This document shows, piece after piece, positions 1-9,886 of a stretch of 64,000 nucleotides of DNA. A program made the position numbers and the translations under genes. Position 1 is the stretch's first letter. Each line of letters begins with the position of its first letter. Source of the DNA: Bacteroides sp. (GTDB lineage: Bacteria > Bacteroidota > Bacteroidia > Bacteroidales > Bacteroidaceae). Under the pieces are notes generated by a model that saw only the letters and a program-made list of their open reading frames with translations, did no database searches and was not told where the DNA came from. The stretch lies in NCBI GenBank assembly GCA_015060735.1, contig SUXX01000005.1, positions 19,089 through 83,088 of the forward strand, in the 5' to 3' direction.

Positions 1-947
1 TCCTCATTTTGGGAGAACATACTAATCCGATTATTGAGAAGACAGCCCAAGGCGTCTATAATGTAGTAGCCGGTTCCGATCCTTGGACTATCGAAACCGG
101 ATGGCGTTACATGTTTGGTAGTGAAGCTGTTCCGGCCGGTTTGTTTGCCTTGTTGATTTGTTTCGTTCCTGAAACTCCACGCTATTTGGCTATGTGTGGT
201 CAGGACGACAAGGCTCTGCATGTGCTTACTCGTATCAATGGTGTGGAACGTGCCAAGGCTATCTTGAAAGAAATCAAAGCAACTGCCGAAGAAAAGACCG
301 AACGTCTGTTTGCTTACGGATGGGTAGTGATTTTCGTTGGTATCATGCTTTCTGTATTCCAGCAGGCTGTAGGCATCAATGCCGTGCTTTACTTCGCTCC
401 GCGTATTTTCGAATCCATGAATATGGGTAACCCGATGGTTCAGACCGTGATAATGGGGGTTGTGAATATCCTCTTTACTTTGGTGGCAATCTTTACCGTG
501 GAAAAGTGGGGACGCAAACCGTTGCTCATTTACGGTTCTATCGGTATGGCCATCGGTGCTGCCGGTGTTGCATTGAGTAATTTGTGGGCATTGCCTCCAT
601 TGGTGTCTGTTGCCAGTATTATGGTCTACTCAGCTTCGTTCATGTTCTCTTGGGGACCTATCTGCTGGGTATTGATTTCAGAAATATTCCCGAATACTAT
701 CCGTGGTGCGGCTGTAGCCATTGCCGTAGCTTTCCAGTGGATATTTAACTTCATTGTATCGTCTACATTCGTGCCGATGTATAACATGCAGTTGCCGGGA
801 ATGGACAATTTCGGCCATATCTTTGCATATGCATTGTATGGAATTATCTGCGTGATAGCTGCTATCTTCGTATGGAAACTTGTTCCGGAAACCAAGGGAA
901 AGACTTTGGAAGATATGAATAAGCTTTGGTTGGATAGAAAAAAATAA
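1..947 (+). CDS. xylE: MFS sugar porter, D-xylose transporter XylE-like (5' end outside window)
   Basis: Sugar-porter motifs PETPRYL, QQAVGINAVLYFAP, WGRKPLL, SWGPICWVLISEIFP, VPETKGKTLE. Confidence 0.85.
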   Translation, partial: LILGEHTNPIIEKTAQGVYNVVAGSDPWTIETGWRYMFGSEAVPAGLFALLICFVPETPRYLAMCGQDDKALHVLTRINGVERAKAILKEIKATAEEKTERLFAYGWVVIFVGIMLSVFQQAVGINAVLYFAPRIFESMNMGNPMVQTVIMGVVNILFTLVAIFTVEKWGRKPLLIYGSIGMAIGAAGVALSNLWALPPLVSVASIMVYSASFMFSWGPICWVLISEIFPNTIRGAAVAIAVAFQWIFNFIVSSTFVPMYNMQLPGMDNFGHIFAYALYGIICVIAAIFVWKLVPETKGKTLEDMNKLWLDRKK

Positions 948-1019
948 TATTTCTTGCTCGTTTTTTAAAAAAATGATATTTTTGTTAGCAGAAAAGTTTA
1001 ACCTTTAAAATATTAGACT

Positions 1020-1796
1020 ATGAATTTAACTATGAAAATGTCTTTGGCAGCTTTTGCTTGCCTTGTTTGCGTAGGTGCAAATGCACAGGAAAAGAAGTAT
1101 CCTGAACAGGAAAGAATGAGACCGGGTATGTCTGAATACTGGACTCCACAGCCTAAGGTCGTTACTCCGGGTGATATCAAGACTAACACAGCTCCATCGG
1201 ATGCAATCGTATTGTTTGATGGTAAGGATCTTTCTGCATGGGAAGGTGCTAAGGGTGGTCCGGCTGAATGGGATGTACACGATGGCGTATTTACTGTAAA
1301 CAAGAAGAAAGGTGACATCTTGACTAAGCAATCTTTCGAAAACTTCCAGTTGCATATCGAATGGTGTGTTCCTGAAAACATTACAGGTACTAGCCAAGGC
1401 CGTGGTAATAGCGGTGTGTTCTTGCAGGATATGTACGAAATTCAGATTTTGGACTGCTATAACAACGAAACATACGTAAATGGTCAGACTGGTAGTGTGT
1501 ACAAGCAAACTCCTCCTTTGGCAAACGCTATGCGTAAGCCGGGTGAATGGAATGTATACGACATCATCTATACAGCTCCTGTATTTAAGGAAGACGGTAC
1601 TTACCGCGTTCCTCCACGTGTAACAGTTATCCAGAATGGTGTCGTATTGCAGAACAACACAACTATCTTGGGTACTACTGAATACATTGGTTTCCCGAAG
1701 GTGAAGAAGCATGGTGCCGGTAAGATTCGTTTGCAGTCACACGGTGACCCAAGTGAACCAATCAGCTTCCGTAATATTTGGATTCGCGAAATGTAA
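1020..1796 (+). CDS. DUF1080 (3-keto-disaccharide hydrolase family) secreted protein
   Basis: Signal peptide; PSDAIVLFDGKDL, GNSGVF, YEIQILD, GEWNVYDI, LQSHG, FRNIWIRE motifs. Confidence 0.85.
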   Translation: MNLTMKMSLAAFACLVCVGANAQEKKYPEQERMRPGMSEYWTPQPKVVTPGDIKTNTAPSDAIVLFDGKDLSAWEGAKGGPAEWDVHDGVFTVNKKKGDILTKQSFENFQLHIEWCVPENITGTSQGRGNSGVFLQDMYEIQILDCYNNETYVNGQTGSVYKQTPPLANAMRKPGEWNVYDIIYTAPVFKEDGTYRVPPRVTVIQNGVVLQNNTTILGTTEYIGFPKVKKHGAGKIRLQSHGDPSEPISFRNIWIREM

Positions 1797-1810
1797 TTGA
1801 TATAAAAATA

Positions 1811-1848
1811 AGAAAGTGGATGTGTCTTCTCGATGCATCCACTTTTCT
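1811..1848 (+). terminator. Intrinsic terminator hairpin
   Basis: aaagtggatg...catccactttt inverted repeat just after the stop codon. Confidence 0.7.
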
Positions 1849-1879
1849 GTTGCATAGAGAAAACTTAAAATCTGAATTT

Positions 1880-4087
1880 ATGAAATTATCAACCTTGTTC
1901 TTCACTCTTTGTCTGGTATGGACAACTTCTGTCAGTGCCAAGAATTGGGAAGCTAAATGGATTACTTCCGAAGAATGTCAAACCCGAAGCAATAGTTGGA
2001 TTTGCTTTCAAAAGAATGTAGAACTACCGGCTCCGAATGGGCAAAAGGTATATGCAGATATTGCCGTAGACAGTAAATATTGGCTGTGGATTAACGGAGA
2101 AATGGTAGTCTTTGAAGGAGGCTTGAAACGCGGGCCTAATCCTCGGGATACCTATTATGATAAGGTGGACATTACTAAGTATCTGACATCGGGCGAAAAT
2201 AGCATAGCCATTTTGATGTGGTATTTCGGGAAGGATGGCTTCTCGCATAAAAGTAGTGGAAAGGCCGGTTTGTTGTTTGATTGCCAAACCGAACAATTCA
2301 AGATTCTCTCGGATGGAACCTGGAAATGCAAGTTCTACGATGCTTACGAAGAAACGGGAAAACCGCATCCCAATTATCGCTTGCCAGAATCGAATGTTCG
2401 TTTCAATGCCCAGAAAGAAATTACTGGGTGGACGGCAAAGGGAGCCAATCCACAGTTTTCACAAGCTTTGGTTGTAGGAGAGGCAGGTGTAGCTCCTTGG
2501 AACAAATTAGTGGAACGCCCTATTCCGTTATGGAAGGATTACGGGATAAGAGATTATGTAACCATTGAACGGAAGGAAGGTGCAGTAGTAGATACGTTCT
2601 ATTGCAAATTACCATATAATTGTCATGCTACGCCTACTTTAAATGTAGAAGCTCCGGCCGGAAAAGAAATCCGAATTCAGACCGATGACTACATGGGCGG
2701 TAGCGAACCCAATGTACGTGCAGAATATGTAACGAAAAAGGGGCGACAGACTTATGAGTCTTTAGGATGGATGAACGGACATACCGTAATCTATTTGGTT
2801 CCTAAAGATGTAAAGGTTAATGCTTTGAAATATCGGGAGACAGGATATGACACCGAGTTTACGGGTACTTTTATTTGTGACGATCCTTTCTTGAACCGTT
2901 TGCGTGAAAAGGCTGTTCGTACGTTATATGTGACGATGCGTGATACTTATATGGACTGTCCGGATCGTGAGCGTTCTCAGTGGTGGGGCGATGAAGTCAA
3001 CGAATTGGGTGAAGCCTTTTATGCAACCGACTTGAAAGGACATCGTTTGGCCTATAAAGGAATTCATGAACTGATGGGATGGCAACGTGAGGACAATGTG
3101 ATTTTCTCTCCTTGTCCGGCCGGAAATTGGGGAAATGAATTACCGGCTCAGATGTTAGCTTCTATCGGATATTATGGTTTCCGTACCTTCTATTTCTATA
3201 GTGGAGACAGTAGTTTCATTCCTGTGGTTTATGATGGCATGAAGCGTTATTTGCATGATGTTTGGAAACTGGATGATGAAGGCTTGGTTATAACTCGCAA
3301 GGGTGACTGGTCGTGGGGTGACTGGGGCGACCATATCGACCTGGATTTGTTGCTGAATGCTTGGTATTACTTGGCTCTGAAAGGCGAACGTGAATTTGCA
3401 CAAATACTTCAGAAGTCCGAAGATGTAAAGATGATTGAGGGAATCATGAAGCGAATGGAAGCTAACTTCGATAAGCGTTTTTGGACAGGAATGGAATACC
3501 GTTCACCGAATTATGAAGGAGAGACGGATGATCGTGGACAAGCTTTGGCTGTATTGGCCGGTTTTGCTAAGCGAGATCAGTACCCGTTTATCTATCATGT
3601 ACTTCAAAAGGAATATCATGCTAGTCCGTATATGGAAAAATATGTTGGCGAGGCTTTATTTAAGATGGGCTATCCAACTTTTGCTCTTGAACGTACTCGT
3701 GAACGCTTTGCCAACATGGTAAATCATCCGGCTTATTCTACCTTGTGGGAAGGATGGGGAATCGGTGCCGAAGGTTTCGGTGGTGGCTCTATCAACCATG
3801 CCTGGAGTGGGGGAACGCTTACTTTGCTTTCTCAATATGTAGCCGGTATCACTCCGGTAAAACCGGGTTTTGAAGAATTCCAAATCAAACCTCAGATGGG
3901 CGATTTGAATACAGCCAAAGTAACGGTTGATACTCGCTATGGACTTATTAAGGCAGACTTGCAACGGAAGGATGGAGAAATCCAAATCAGCTTTGAGGTT
4001 CCTCAAGGAACTACCGCTTATGTGGTGGAAGGAAGAAAACGCACGCCTTATCAATCCGGCGTACATCAAGTGACGATTAAGGAATAG
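1880..4087 (+). CDS. Alpha-L-rhamnosidase family (GH78) glycoside hydrolase
   Basis: Likely start MKLSTLFF (signal peptide); DCPDRER, WWGD, WGDWG, TLWEGW, NHAWSG motifs. Confidence 0.85.
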   Translation: MKLSTLFFTLCLVWTTSVSAKNWEAKWITSEECQTRSNSWICFQKNVELPAPNGQKVYADIAVDSKYWLWINGEMVVFEGGLKRGPNPRDTYYDKVDITKYLTSGENSIAILMWYFGKDGFSHKSSGKAGLLFDCQTEQFKILSDGTWKCKFYDAYEETGKPHPNYRLPESNVRFNAQKEITGWTAKGANPQFSQALVVGEAGVAPWNKLVERPIPLWKDYGIRDYVTIERKEGAVVDTFYCKLPYNCHATPTLNVEAPAGKEIRIQTDDYMGGSEPNVRAEYVTKKGRQTYESLGWMNGHTVIYLVPKDVKVNALKYRETGYDTEFTGTFICDDPFLNRLREKAVRTLYVTMRDTYMDCPDRERSQWWGDEVNELGEAFYATDLKGHRLAYKGIHELMGWQREDNVIFSPCPAGNWGNELPAQMLASIGYYGFRTFYFYSGDSSFIPVVYDGMKRYLHDVWKLDDEGLVITRKGDWSWGDWGDHIDLDLLLNAWYYLALKGEREFAQILQKSEDVKMIEGIMKRMEANFDKRFWTGMEYRSPNYEGETDDRGQALAVLAGFAKRDQYPFIYHVLQKEYHASPYMEKYVGEALFKMGYPTFALERTRERFANMVNHPAYSTLWEGWGIGAEGFGGGSINHAWSGGTLTLLSQYVAGITPVKPGFEEFQIKPQMGDLNTAKVTVDTRYGLIKADLQRKDGEIQISFEVPQGTTAYVVEGRKRTPYQSGVHQVTIKE

Positions 4088-4092
4088 CGAAT

Positions 4093-4128
4093 AAAAAAGT
4101 TGTTGCAAATAATGCAACAACTTTTTTT
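4093..4128. terminator. Bidirectional terminator between convergent genes
   Basis: aaaaaagttgttgca-aataa-tgcaacaactttttt. Confidence 0.75.
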
Positions 4129-4134
4129 ATCCCT

Positions 4135-4563
4135 TTATCTCAGCTTCTTGAAAAGTTTTTGCATGATGGAAGGGTCGGTCGGTAGCATGGTTGGAAGCTT
4201 TAGACTTTTAACCATATGCATTGTTCCTTGTTTGTATTTCTGGAAATGATTTGTTTTCAGGTGTTGCTGGTATGCTTCCTCCGAGGCATAGATTTCAAGA
4301 ATGCGGATTTGGGTGGAGTCTTCTGCACTTTGCATTGGGAATAGGCAAATCACTCCAGGTTCGCGTTCAACGGAAAGGCGGTCTACCTCGTTGGCGTACG
4401 TCAGGTATTCCTTTAGGTATTGGGGGTAGACCTCTATCTCGGCAATGCGTACGATTAATCTTCCTTCTTGTTTCAGTGATGTCAAGAATTCAGGGGTATC
4501 GATTGTTTGTGAAAATGCCATTGTACTTAGCATCGTTGCGAGTATCGTTATGAAGTGTCTCAT
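4135..4563 (-). CDS. Antibiotic biosynthesis monooxygenase (ABM/putative quinol monooxygenase) domain protein
   Basis: EPGVICL, ILEIYASEEAYQQHLKT pattern; N-terminal signal. Confidence 0.8.
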   Translation of the reverse strand: MRHFITILATMLSTMAFSQTIDTPEFLTSLKQEGRLIVRIAEIEVYPQYLKEYLTYANEVDRLSVEREPGVICLFPMQSAEDSTQIRILEIYASEEAYQQHLKTNHFQKYKQGTMHMVKSLKLPTMLPTDPSIMQKLFKKLR

Positions 4564-4676
4564 GATAAATCTTAATTAAAATGTTGCATACAAAAATAAC
4601 TCATTATTTAATATAATGTCTGTTTTCCTAAATAAATTCTCTATCTTTGTCAAAGATTAGATGAAGCTTTTTGATT

Positions 4677-5597
4677 ATGAGACAAATAAAGTTCAACTTT
4701 TTGTTGATTATATTGCTTTTTAATCTCGCACAATTAAGTGCGAAATCTCCTCAGAAAACGGTTTTGTGGTTAGGTACATCCATTCCGGCTGGATGCACCT
4801 ATCCTGATGTCTCTACCCGTAATCTTCAGATGCGTTGCATCAATAAGTCTGTTCCTTCTTCTTTTTTGTCGGCTTGGGTAGAAGAACAAGGCTTTGATGT
4901 CAGATGCTCCGGTCTTTCGCTTACGATGTCGTGTGCAGAGAAGGAAACAGCGTTCAGGCCTTATGTGAAAAGTGGACAACTTACCGAGGAACAGCTGGAT
5001 TATTGGAAAAGTACTTCTTACGAAAAGCTTGTTCAGCCTTATCTTCATGACGTTGATATTGTGGTTATCGATCATGGATACAATGATAATTATTCGGTTG
5101 AAAAACTATATTTGGCCGGAGAAGAGCGTATTGACTGGAATTCCAGAGACCGTTCCAATTTTATCGGAGCTTTTAATTTCTTGTATGACCTGATTAAACG
5201 ACAAAATCCTGATGCCATTATCCTTATTGGCGGTTATTTCCAAAACACTTGTACTATTGATTATTTTCAGAGAGGCATTTGGGTGAGTAAAGTGCTGTCT
5301 TGGATGGCCGACCGTTATTATTTGCCTCTTTTGAATACGTGGGATTATACTCATATTCCTGATGGGTATTTGACGGATTCGAGTGATTATTTGAATCGGC
5401 TGAATGAGAAATATGGAACATCGTATCAGAAAGTGTTTCCGGACCAGGAAGGAAACATCACGCACTTCCAGAAGTTTTGTCCGGATGGTGTTCATCCCTT
5501 TTCGGACCCGACGGGACAATCTGATAAATGGTTGGATGACATTTTCACCTCTTTGCTGAAAAAGATTCTTTGTAAAGAAACGCCCAATCGCCACTGA
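4677..5597 (+). CDS. SGNH/GDSL hydrolase family secreted protein
   Basis: LWLGTSI (block I), DHGYND (block III), DGVHP (block V); signal peptide; exact start uncertain. Confidence 0.75.
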   Translation: MRQIKFNFLLIILLFNLAQLSAKSPQKTVLWLGTSIPAGCTYPDVSTRNLQMRCINKSVPSSFLSAWVEEQGFDVRCSGLSLTMSCAEKETAFRPYVKSGQLTEEQLDYWKSTSYEKLVQPYLHDVDIVVIDHGYNDNYSVEKLYLAGEERIDWNSRDRSNFIGAFNFLYDLIKRQNPDAIILIGGYFQNTCTIDYFQRGIWVSKVLSWMADRYYLPLLNTWDYTHIPDGYLTDSSDYLNRLNEKYGTSYQKVFPDQEGNITHFQKFCPDGVHPFSDPTGQSDKWLDDIFTSLLKKILCKETPNRH

Positions 5598-5631
5598 CTT
5601 TTTTAAGAAAACAATAAACCTTTAAATATCA

Positions 5632-7767
5632 ATGAAAACATATCAAAAATTCTTATGGGGCTGTCTGTTGTTCACGGCGTGTACCAGTAGCCCGAAACCC
5701 GAACTGATGATGGAAGTTCGCTCGACCATTCCGGTGGAAAGTACCGATACCGAAGAGATGATTATCCAGAAGGCAGCCCATGTGGTGCCCAAACCGGAAC
5801 AATTGGTTGCCTTGAAGGACGAGTTCATCGCCTTCATCCATTTTGGCCCGAATACGTTTACCCGCATGGAGTGGGGGAATGGGATGGAAGACCCTCGCAT
5901 CTTCGACTTGAAGAATCTGGATACCGACCAATGGTGTGCCGCCATGAAGGAGGCCGGCATGACGAAGGTTATCCTGACCGCCAAGCATCACGATGGTTTT
6001 GTGTTGTGGCAGAGCCGATATACCAAGCACGGCATCATGTCCAGCGGATTTCAGGACGGAAAAGGGGATATTATGAAGGAGTTGTCTGCCTCTTGTCAAA
6101 AGTATGGCTTGAAACTCGGTATCTACCTGTCTCCGGCCGATTTGTATCAGATTGAAAGCCCGGAGGGTTTGTATGGAAATCTGAGCAAATATACCAAGCG
6201 TACCATCCCGAAGGAAGTGCCCGGACGTCCGTTTGCCAACAAGACCACTTTCGAGTTCGAGTTGGATGACTACAACGAATATTTCATGAGTCAGTTGTTC
6301 GAATTGCTGACCGAATACGGCCCGATTGATGAAGTGTGGTTTGATGGGGCACATCCCAAACGGAAGGGCGGACAGACCTATCGTTACCTGGCTTGGAAGG
6401 AGCTGATTCGCACGTTGGCTCCGAATGCGGTTATCTTTGGTCGCGAAGACATCCGTTGGTGTGGCAATGAAGGCGGACGTACCCGCGATACCGAGTGGAA
6501 TGTCATCCCGTATGCAATGAATCCCGATACGGCCAACCATTTTATGGATTTGACGGACATCGATTTGGGTAGTCGCGAACAATTGGTGAAAGGAAAGTAC
6601 CTGCATTACCAACCGGCCGAAACCAATACTTCCATTCGCGAAGGTTGGTTCTATCGCGACGACGACCGTCAGCGGGTAAGAAGCGTGGACGATGTGTTCG
6701 ATATTTACGAACGTTCGGTAGGTACCAATTCGACCTTCTTGCTCAACATCCCACCTAATCGCGAAGGCCGTTTCTCCGACCAGGATGTGCAAGTATTGAA
6801 GGAAGTGGGCAAGCGAATCCGACAGACTTACACCACCGATTTGTTGGCCGATGCGAAAGGCCCGAAGGAACTTCTGGATGCCGACGAAACGACCTTCATC
6901 GGAGTGCCGGCCGGTTCGGAAGGTTTTGTCATCGAAACCAAGGCTCCGGTTACTCTGAACCGTTTCATGATTCAGGAAGCCATTGCCACTTATGGCGAGC
7001 GTGTGGAAAAGCATGCGTTGGATGCTTGGGTAGATGGTGCTTGGAAAGAAATCATGACCGCTACCAACATCGGTTACAAGCGTATCCTCCGCTTCCCGGA
7101 TGTAACTTCCAACAAGTGGCGTCTGCGTGTGCTCGAGTCTCGTCTCACTCCGGCCATCTGCAAGGTTGCTGCCTATTATTACGAAGCCCGTCCGCCTCGC
7201 TTGATGGCTCAGCGTAATGCCGAAGGCTTGGTGACTATCGAAGGGTTGAAGCAGGACTTCAAGTGGAATGCCTACAAGCAGGACATTGCCCGCAACCTGA
7301 ATTCCGGATACAAGATTTATTACACCACAGACGGTTCGCAACCCACCGAGCAGTCCACCGAATACAAGGCTCCGTTTGCTCACAAGCATGGCGAGGTAAA
7401 GGCCATTGCCGTGCTGAACGGTCAGGCCGGCGAGGTTTGTCAGGCTCTGATTGGTTATGAGAAGAAAGGCTGGCAGATGAAATCCGCCGGAAACTCCGTA
7501 ACCATCCAATTGGATGAGGCTTGTGATGTAGCCGGATTGAGTTACATTCCTTTACAAAAAGAAGTACAGCAAATCGTGAAGGGAACCCTTCAAGTGAGCG
7601 ACGACGGAAAGTCCTGGCGTACATTGGACAGCTTTGAATTCGGCAATTTGAAGAACGACCCTACCCGTCGTTTCCATTATCTCAAGCAACCGGTGAAAGT
7701 TCGTTATGTGAAGTTGGATGCCAACCTTCCGATTGGCGAGGATATGAAGGAATTCGATTTGTTCTAA
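5632..7767 (+). CDS. Alpha-L-fucosidase (GH29) lipoprotein with C-terminal Fn3/F5-8-like modules
   Basis: FIHFGPNTF, LTAKHHDGF, WFDGA, LLNIPP motifs; lipobox FTAC; YTTDGS. Confidence 0.9.
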   Translation: MKTYQKFLWGCLLFTACTSSPKPELMMEVRSTIPVESTDTEEMIIQKAAHVVPKPEQLVALKDEFIAFIHFGPNTFTRMEWGNGMEDPRIFDLKNLDTDQWCAAMKEAGMTKVILTAKHHDGFVLWQSRYTKHGIMSSGFQDGKGDIMKELSASCQKYGLKLGIYLSPADLYQIESPEGLYGNLSKYTKRTIPKEVPGRPFANKTTFEFELDDYNEYFMSQLFELLTEYGPIDEVWFDGAHPKRKGGQTYRYLAWKELIRTLAPNAVIFGREDIRWCGNEGGRTRDTEWNVIPYAMNPDTANHFMDLTDIDLGSREQLVKGKYLHYQPAETNTSIREGWFYRDDDRQRVRSVDDVFDIYERSVGTNSTFLLNIPPNREGRFSDQDVQVLKEVGKRIRQTYTTDLLADAKGPKELLDADETTFIGVPAGSEGFVIETKAPVTLNRFMIQEAIATYGERVEKHALDAWVDGAWKEIMTATNIGYKRILRFPDVTSNKWRLRVLESRLTPAICKVAAYYYEARPPRLMAQRNAEGLVTIEGLKQDFKWNAYKQDIARNLNSGYKIYYTTDGSQPTEQSTEYKAPFAHKHGEVKAIAVLNGQAGEVCQALIGYEKKGWQMKSAGNSVTIQLDEACDVAGLSYIPLQKEVQQIVKGTLQVSDDGKSWRTLDSFEFGNLKNDPTRRFHYLKQPVKVRYVKLDANLPIGEDMKEFDLF

Positions 7768-7785
7768 CAACCGGATTCTTACCTT

Positions 7786-8073
7786 CGTGTCATTCTGGGC
7801 GTATGCGAAGAATGACACGAGGGTAGCTACATGAAAGCAAACCTGTCTCATCGGCCTACGCTTGTAGTCTCGATGTCACATGAGACATGTCTCGCAAGCA
7901 TGCGAGACAGCAAGCGTTCAACCGCTAATAAATCGATCTGAAACCTCAAGGCATTTTTTTAAAACGCCTTGAGGTTTTATGCAAAACGCCTTGACGTTTT
8001 TTTTAAATGCCTTGATGTTTTTTTATTTCGCGAAGGCGTTTCCCTATTTTGTCGTTCCTCAGAATGACACGAG
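7786..8073. repeat. Patch of short palindromic repeats (REP halves, tgtctc/gagaca hairpins, aaacgccttga iterations)
   Basis: cgtgtcattct...agaatgacacg hairpin at 7786-7820; about four aaa(c/t)gccttga-type units at 7941-8016; REP right half at 8058-8073. Confidence 0.6.
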
Positions 8074-8103
8074 TTGTAATGGTTCGCTCCACCTAAAAAT
8101 AGC

Positions 8104-8334
8104 AAATTAAGTTCGAAAATAGCCTTCACACGTTTCACACAGACTTAACTTGCTGATTGATAGCTTTTTTGCGTGAAACTAAGGGCTTTCACCAAGCTTC
8201 ACAAGTTTCACATTGGACGAGTGAGTGTGAAACCTGTGAAACTAGTTGAAGGCTACTAGTTTCACGCAAAGTTTCTGATGCATAGAGAGTTATGTCCCTG
8301 TGAAACCAGTGAAACCTGTTTTCGAACTTAATTT
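8104..8334. mobile_element. MITE-like 231-bp imperfect palindrome
   Basis: Perfect 16-bp terminal inverted repeats aaattaagttcgaaaa / ttttcgaacttaattt; complementarity continues inward with iterated tttcac/gtgaaa; non-coding. Confidence 0.65.
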
Positions 8335-8339
8335 ATCCC

Positions 8340-8463
8340 TTCCCTGAAATCTTCCTGAAGTAATCTGAAATCTTTCTGAAATCTTACAAGACCTATTGGA
8401 AAGTTGTTTCCTTTCCCTTTTCTTTGTGTGGAAATATTAAATTACATATTCCATGAAAACACA
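8340..8463 (+). repeat. Cassette 5' repeat copy 1 (promoter/UTR plus MKTQ codons)
   Basis: 124 bp, about 6 mismatches versus 9763-9886; internal ctgaaatctt x3. Confidence 0.9.
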
Positions 8464-9559
8464 AAGAATTTTATCAGCTGTTATTACTTGTATATGGATA
8501 TTTGTTTCGTGTAGCCATTCCCAATCGGAACAATTGGAAAATATCAAATGTATAGAAAATTATTCGATAGAGGTAACTGGAGACCACATGCAAATTTACG
8601 GTGGGGATTGTCGTTCCATTTCTGCTTTTGTTGAGGAACGAAATTGTATGTTGGCTTACAATCACATGTTACATCGAATTGACATTATCGATTTGGATAA
8701 TAAGAAACCATTCAAGTATATACCATTGAAAAAGGAAGGGCCTGATGGTGTAAATGGAATCAGTGGCCTTGCTCTTTTTAATAACACCGTTATCCTGCAA
8801 GCGAATAATGTTTTTTGCCAAATAAATATGGACGGTCAAGTTCTTTCTAGATGTACTATCGAACAGCTTTTGAAACCTTTTCCCGGTTTTAGTACAATGG
8901 TACCTGACGCACAAATGTACCTTAATTTGTATAACTCTTTAAGTTTTGATGAAGTGAATGGAACAATAGCATTTGTCATATATAGTCATCAAAAGGAAGA
9001 CGGCGAATATCCTAAGAAGGCAATCATGCTTTCTTGTATAGATTGGAAAATCAAAGATGTCATAGATATTCATTATCCTCAAAATCTGAAAGAGGAAGAA
9101 AAATTAGGAATGCTTGGTCGGGTGAATGTTCTGCCTCATGGCGATTCTTTAATCTACAATTTTCCAGCATCTTCTGATATATACATTTATAACCGAAAAA
9201 GACAATCCGTAGAGACTTATTCAGCCGAAGTCTCATACACCCAACCTTTGTATAGCTATCCGGATGAAGGTAATGATTTAACAACGGGCTATTATTTCCC
9301 CATCAGATATGATAGTCGGAAAAAAATATTTTGGCGTATCCAGCAACGTCCTGTAGACGGGAATGGGATTTGGGGTAAACCTTTCAGTATTGCTCAACTA
9401 TCATCCGACTTTAAAGTTGTAAATGAATATGTATTGCCTGCGGAAAAGCACGTTGCTCCTGTGCCTTTGTTTACAGACAAAGCCATATTCTTCCCATACG
9501 TTGGTGGTGAATTTTTCACAGAAAACAATATGGTATTTTATGGCTTGGAATATTTATGA
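8453..9559 (+). CDS. Lipoprotein, DUF4221-like beta-propeller
   Basis: Lipobox FVSC; IPLKKEGPDGV and IRYDSRKKIFWRI motifs typical of Bacteroides DUF4221 proteins. Confidence 0.65.
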   Translation: MKTQRILSAVITCIWIFVSCSHSQSEQLENIKCIENYSIEVTGDHMQIYGGDCRSISAFVEERNCMLAYNHMLHRIDIIDLDNKKPFKYIPLKKEGPDGVNGISGLALFNNTVILQANNVFCQINMDGQVLSRCTIEQLLKPFPGFSTMVPDAQMYLNLYNSLSFDEVNGTIAFVIYSHQKEDGEYPKKAIMLSCIDWKIKDVIDIHYPQNLKEEEKLGMLGRVNVLPHGDSLIYNFPASSDIYIYNRKRQSVETYSAEVSYTQPLYSYPDEGNDLTTGYYFPIRYDSRKKIFWRIQQRPVDGNGIWGKPFSIAQLSSDFKVVNEYVLPAEKHVAPVPLFTDKAIFFPYVGGEFFTENNMVFYGLEYL

Positions 9560-9584
9560 TTCTTGATATGTAATGTTTGATGTT

Positions 9585-9748
9585 TTGGTTCATCTGAAGA
9601 AGTAATATTTTTTTCTAAAAAGTGTCATCCTGAACGGAGTGAAGGATCTGTATGTATAAAGTTGATGTTTACAGATCCTTCGCGTTGCTCAGGATGACAC
9701 GATGTTTTGGTTATGCTTACTTCTTAGCATTTGCTGTTTTCAGCATTT
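9585..9748 (+). repeat. Cassette 3' repeat copy 1 (REP element plus relic gene ends)
   Basis: 164 bp matching 12305-12468; includes relic LVHLKK* (+) and MLKTANAKK* (-). Confidence 0.9.
9622..9700. repeat. REP-like palindromic element
   Basis: gtgtcatcctgaacggagtgaaggatct...agatccttcgcgttgctcaggatgacac. Confidence 0.85.
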
Positions 9749-9762
9749 AGTATTTTTGTTCT

Positions 9763-9886
9763 TTCCCTGAAATCTTCCTGAAGTAATCTGAAATCTTTCT
9801 GAAATCTTACAAGGCCTATTGGAAAGTTATTTCCTTTCTCTTTTCTTTGTGTGGAAATATTAAATTGCCTATTTCATGAAAACACA
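9763..9886 (+). repeat. Cassette 5' repeat copy 2
   Basis: Direct repeat of 8340-8463. Confidence 0.9.

Noticed and set aside
5653..7509. 618-aa minus-strand ORF
   Set aside because: Antisense shadow of the GH29 fucosidase; no recognisable motifs.
7941..8020. Possible CRISPR array
   Set aside because: Units are short and degenerate with no unique 30-40 bp spacers; no cas genes in the window.
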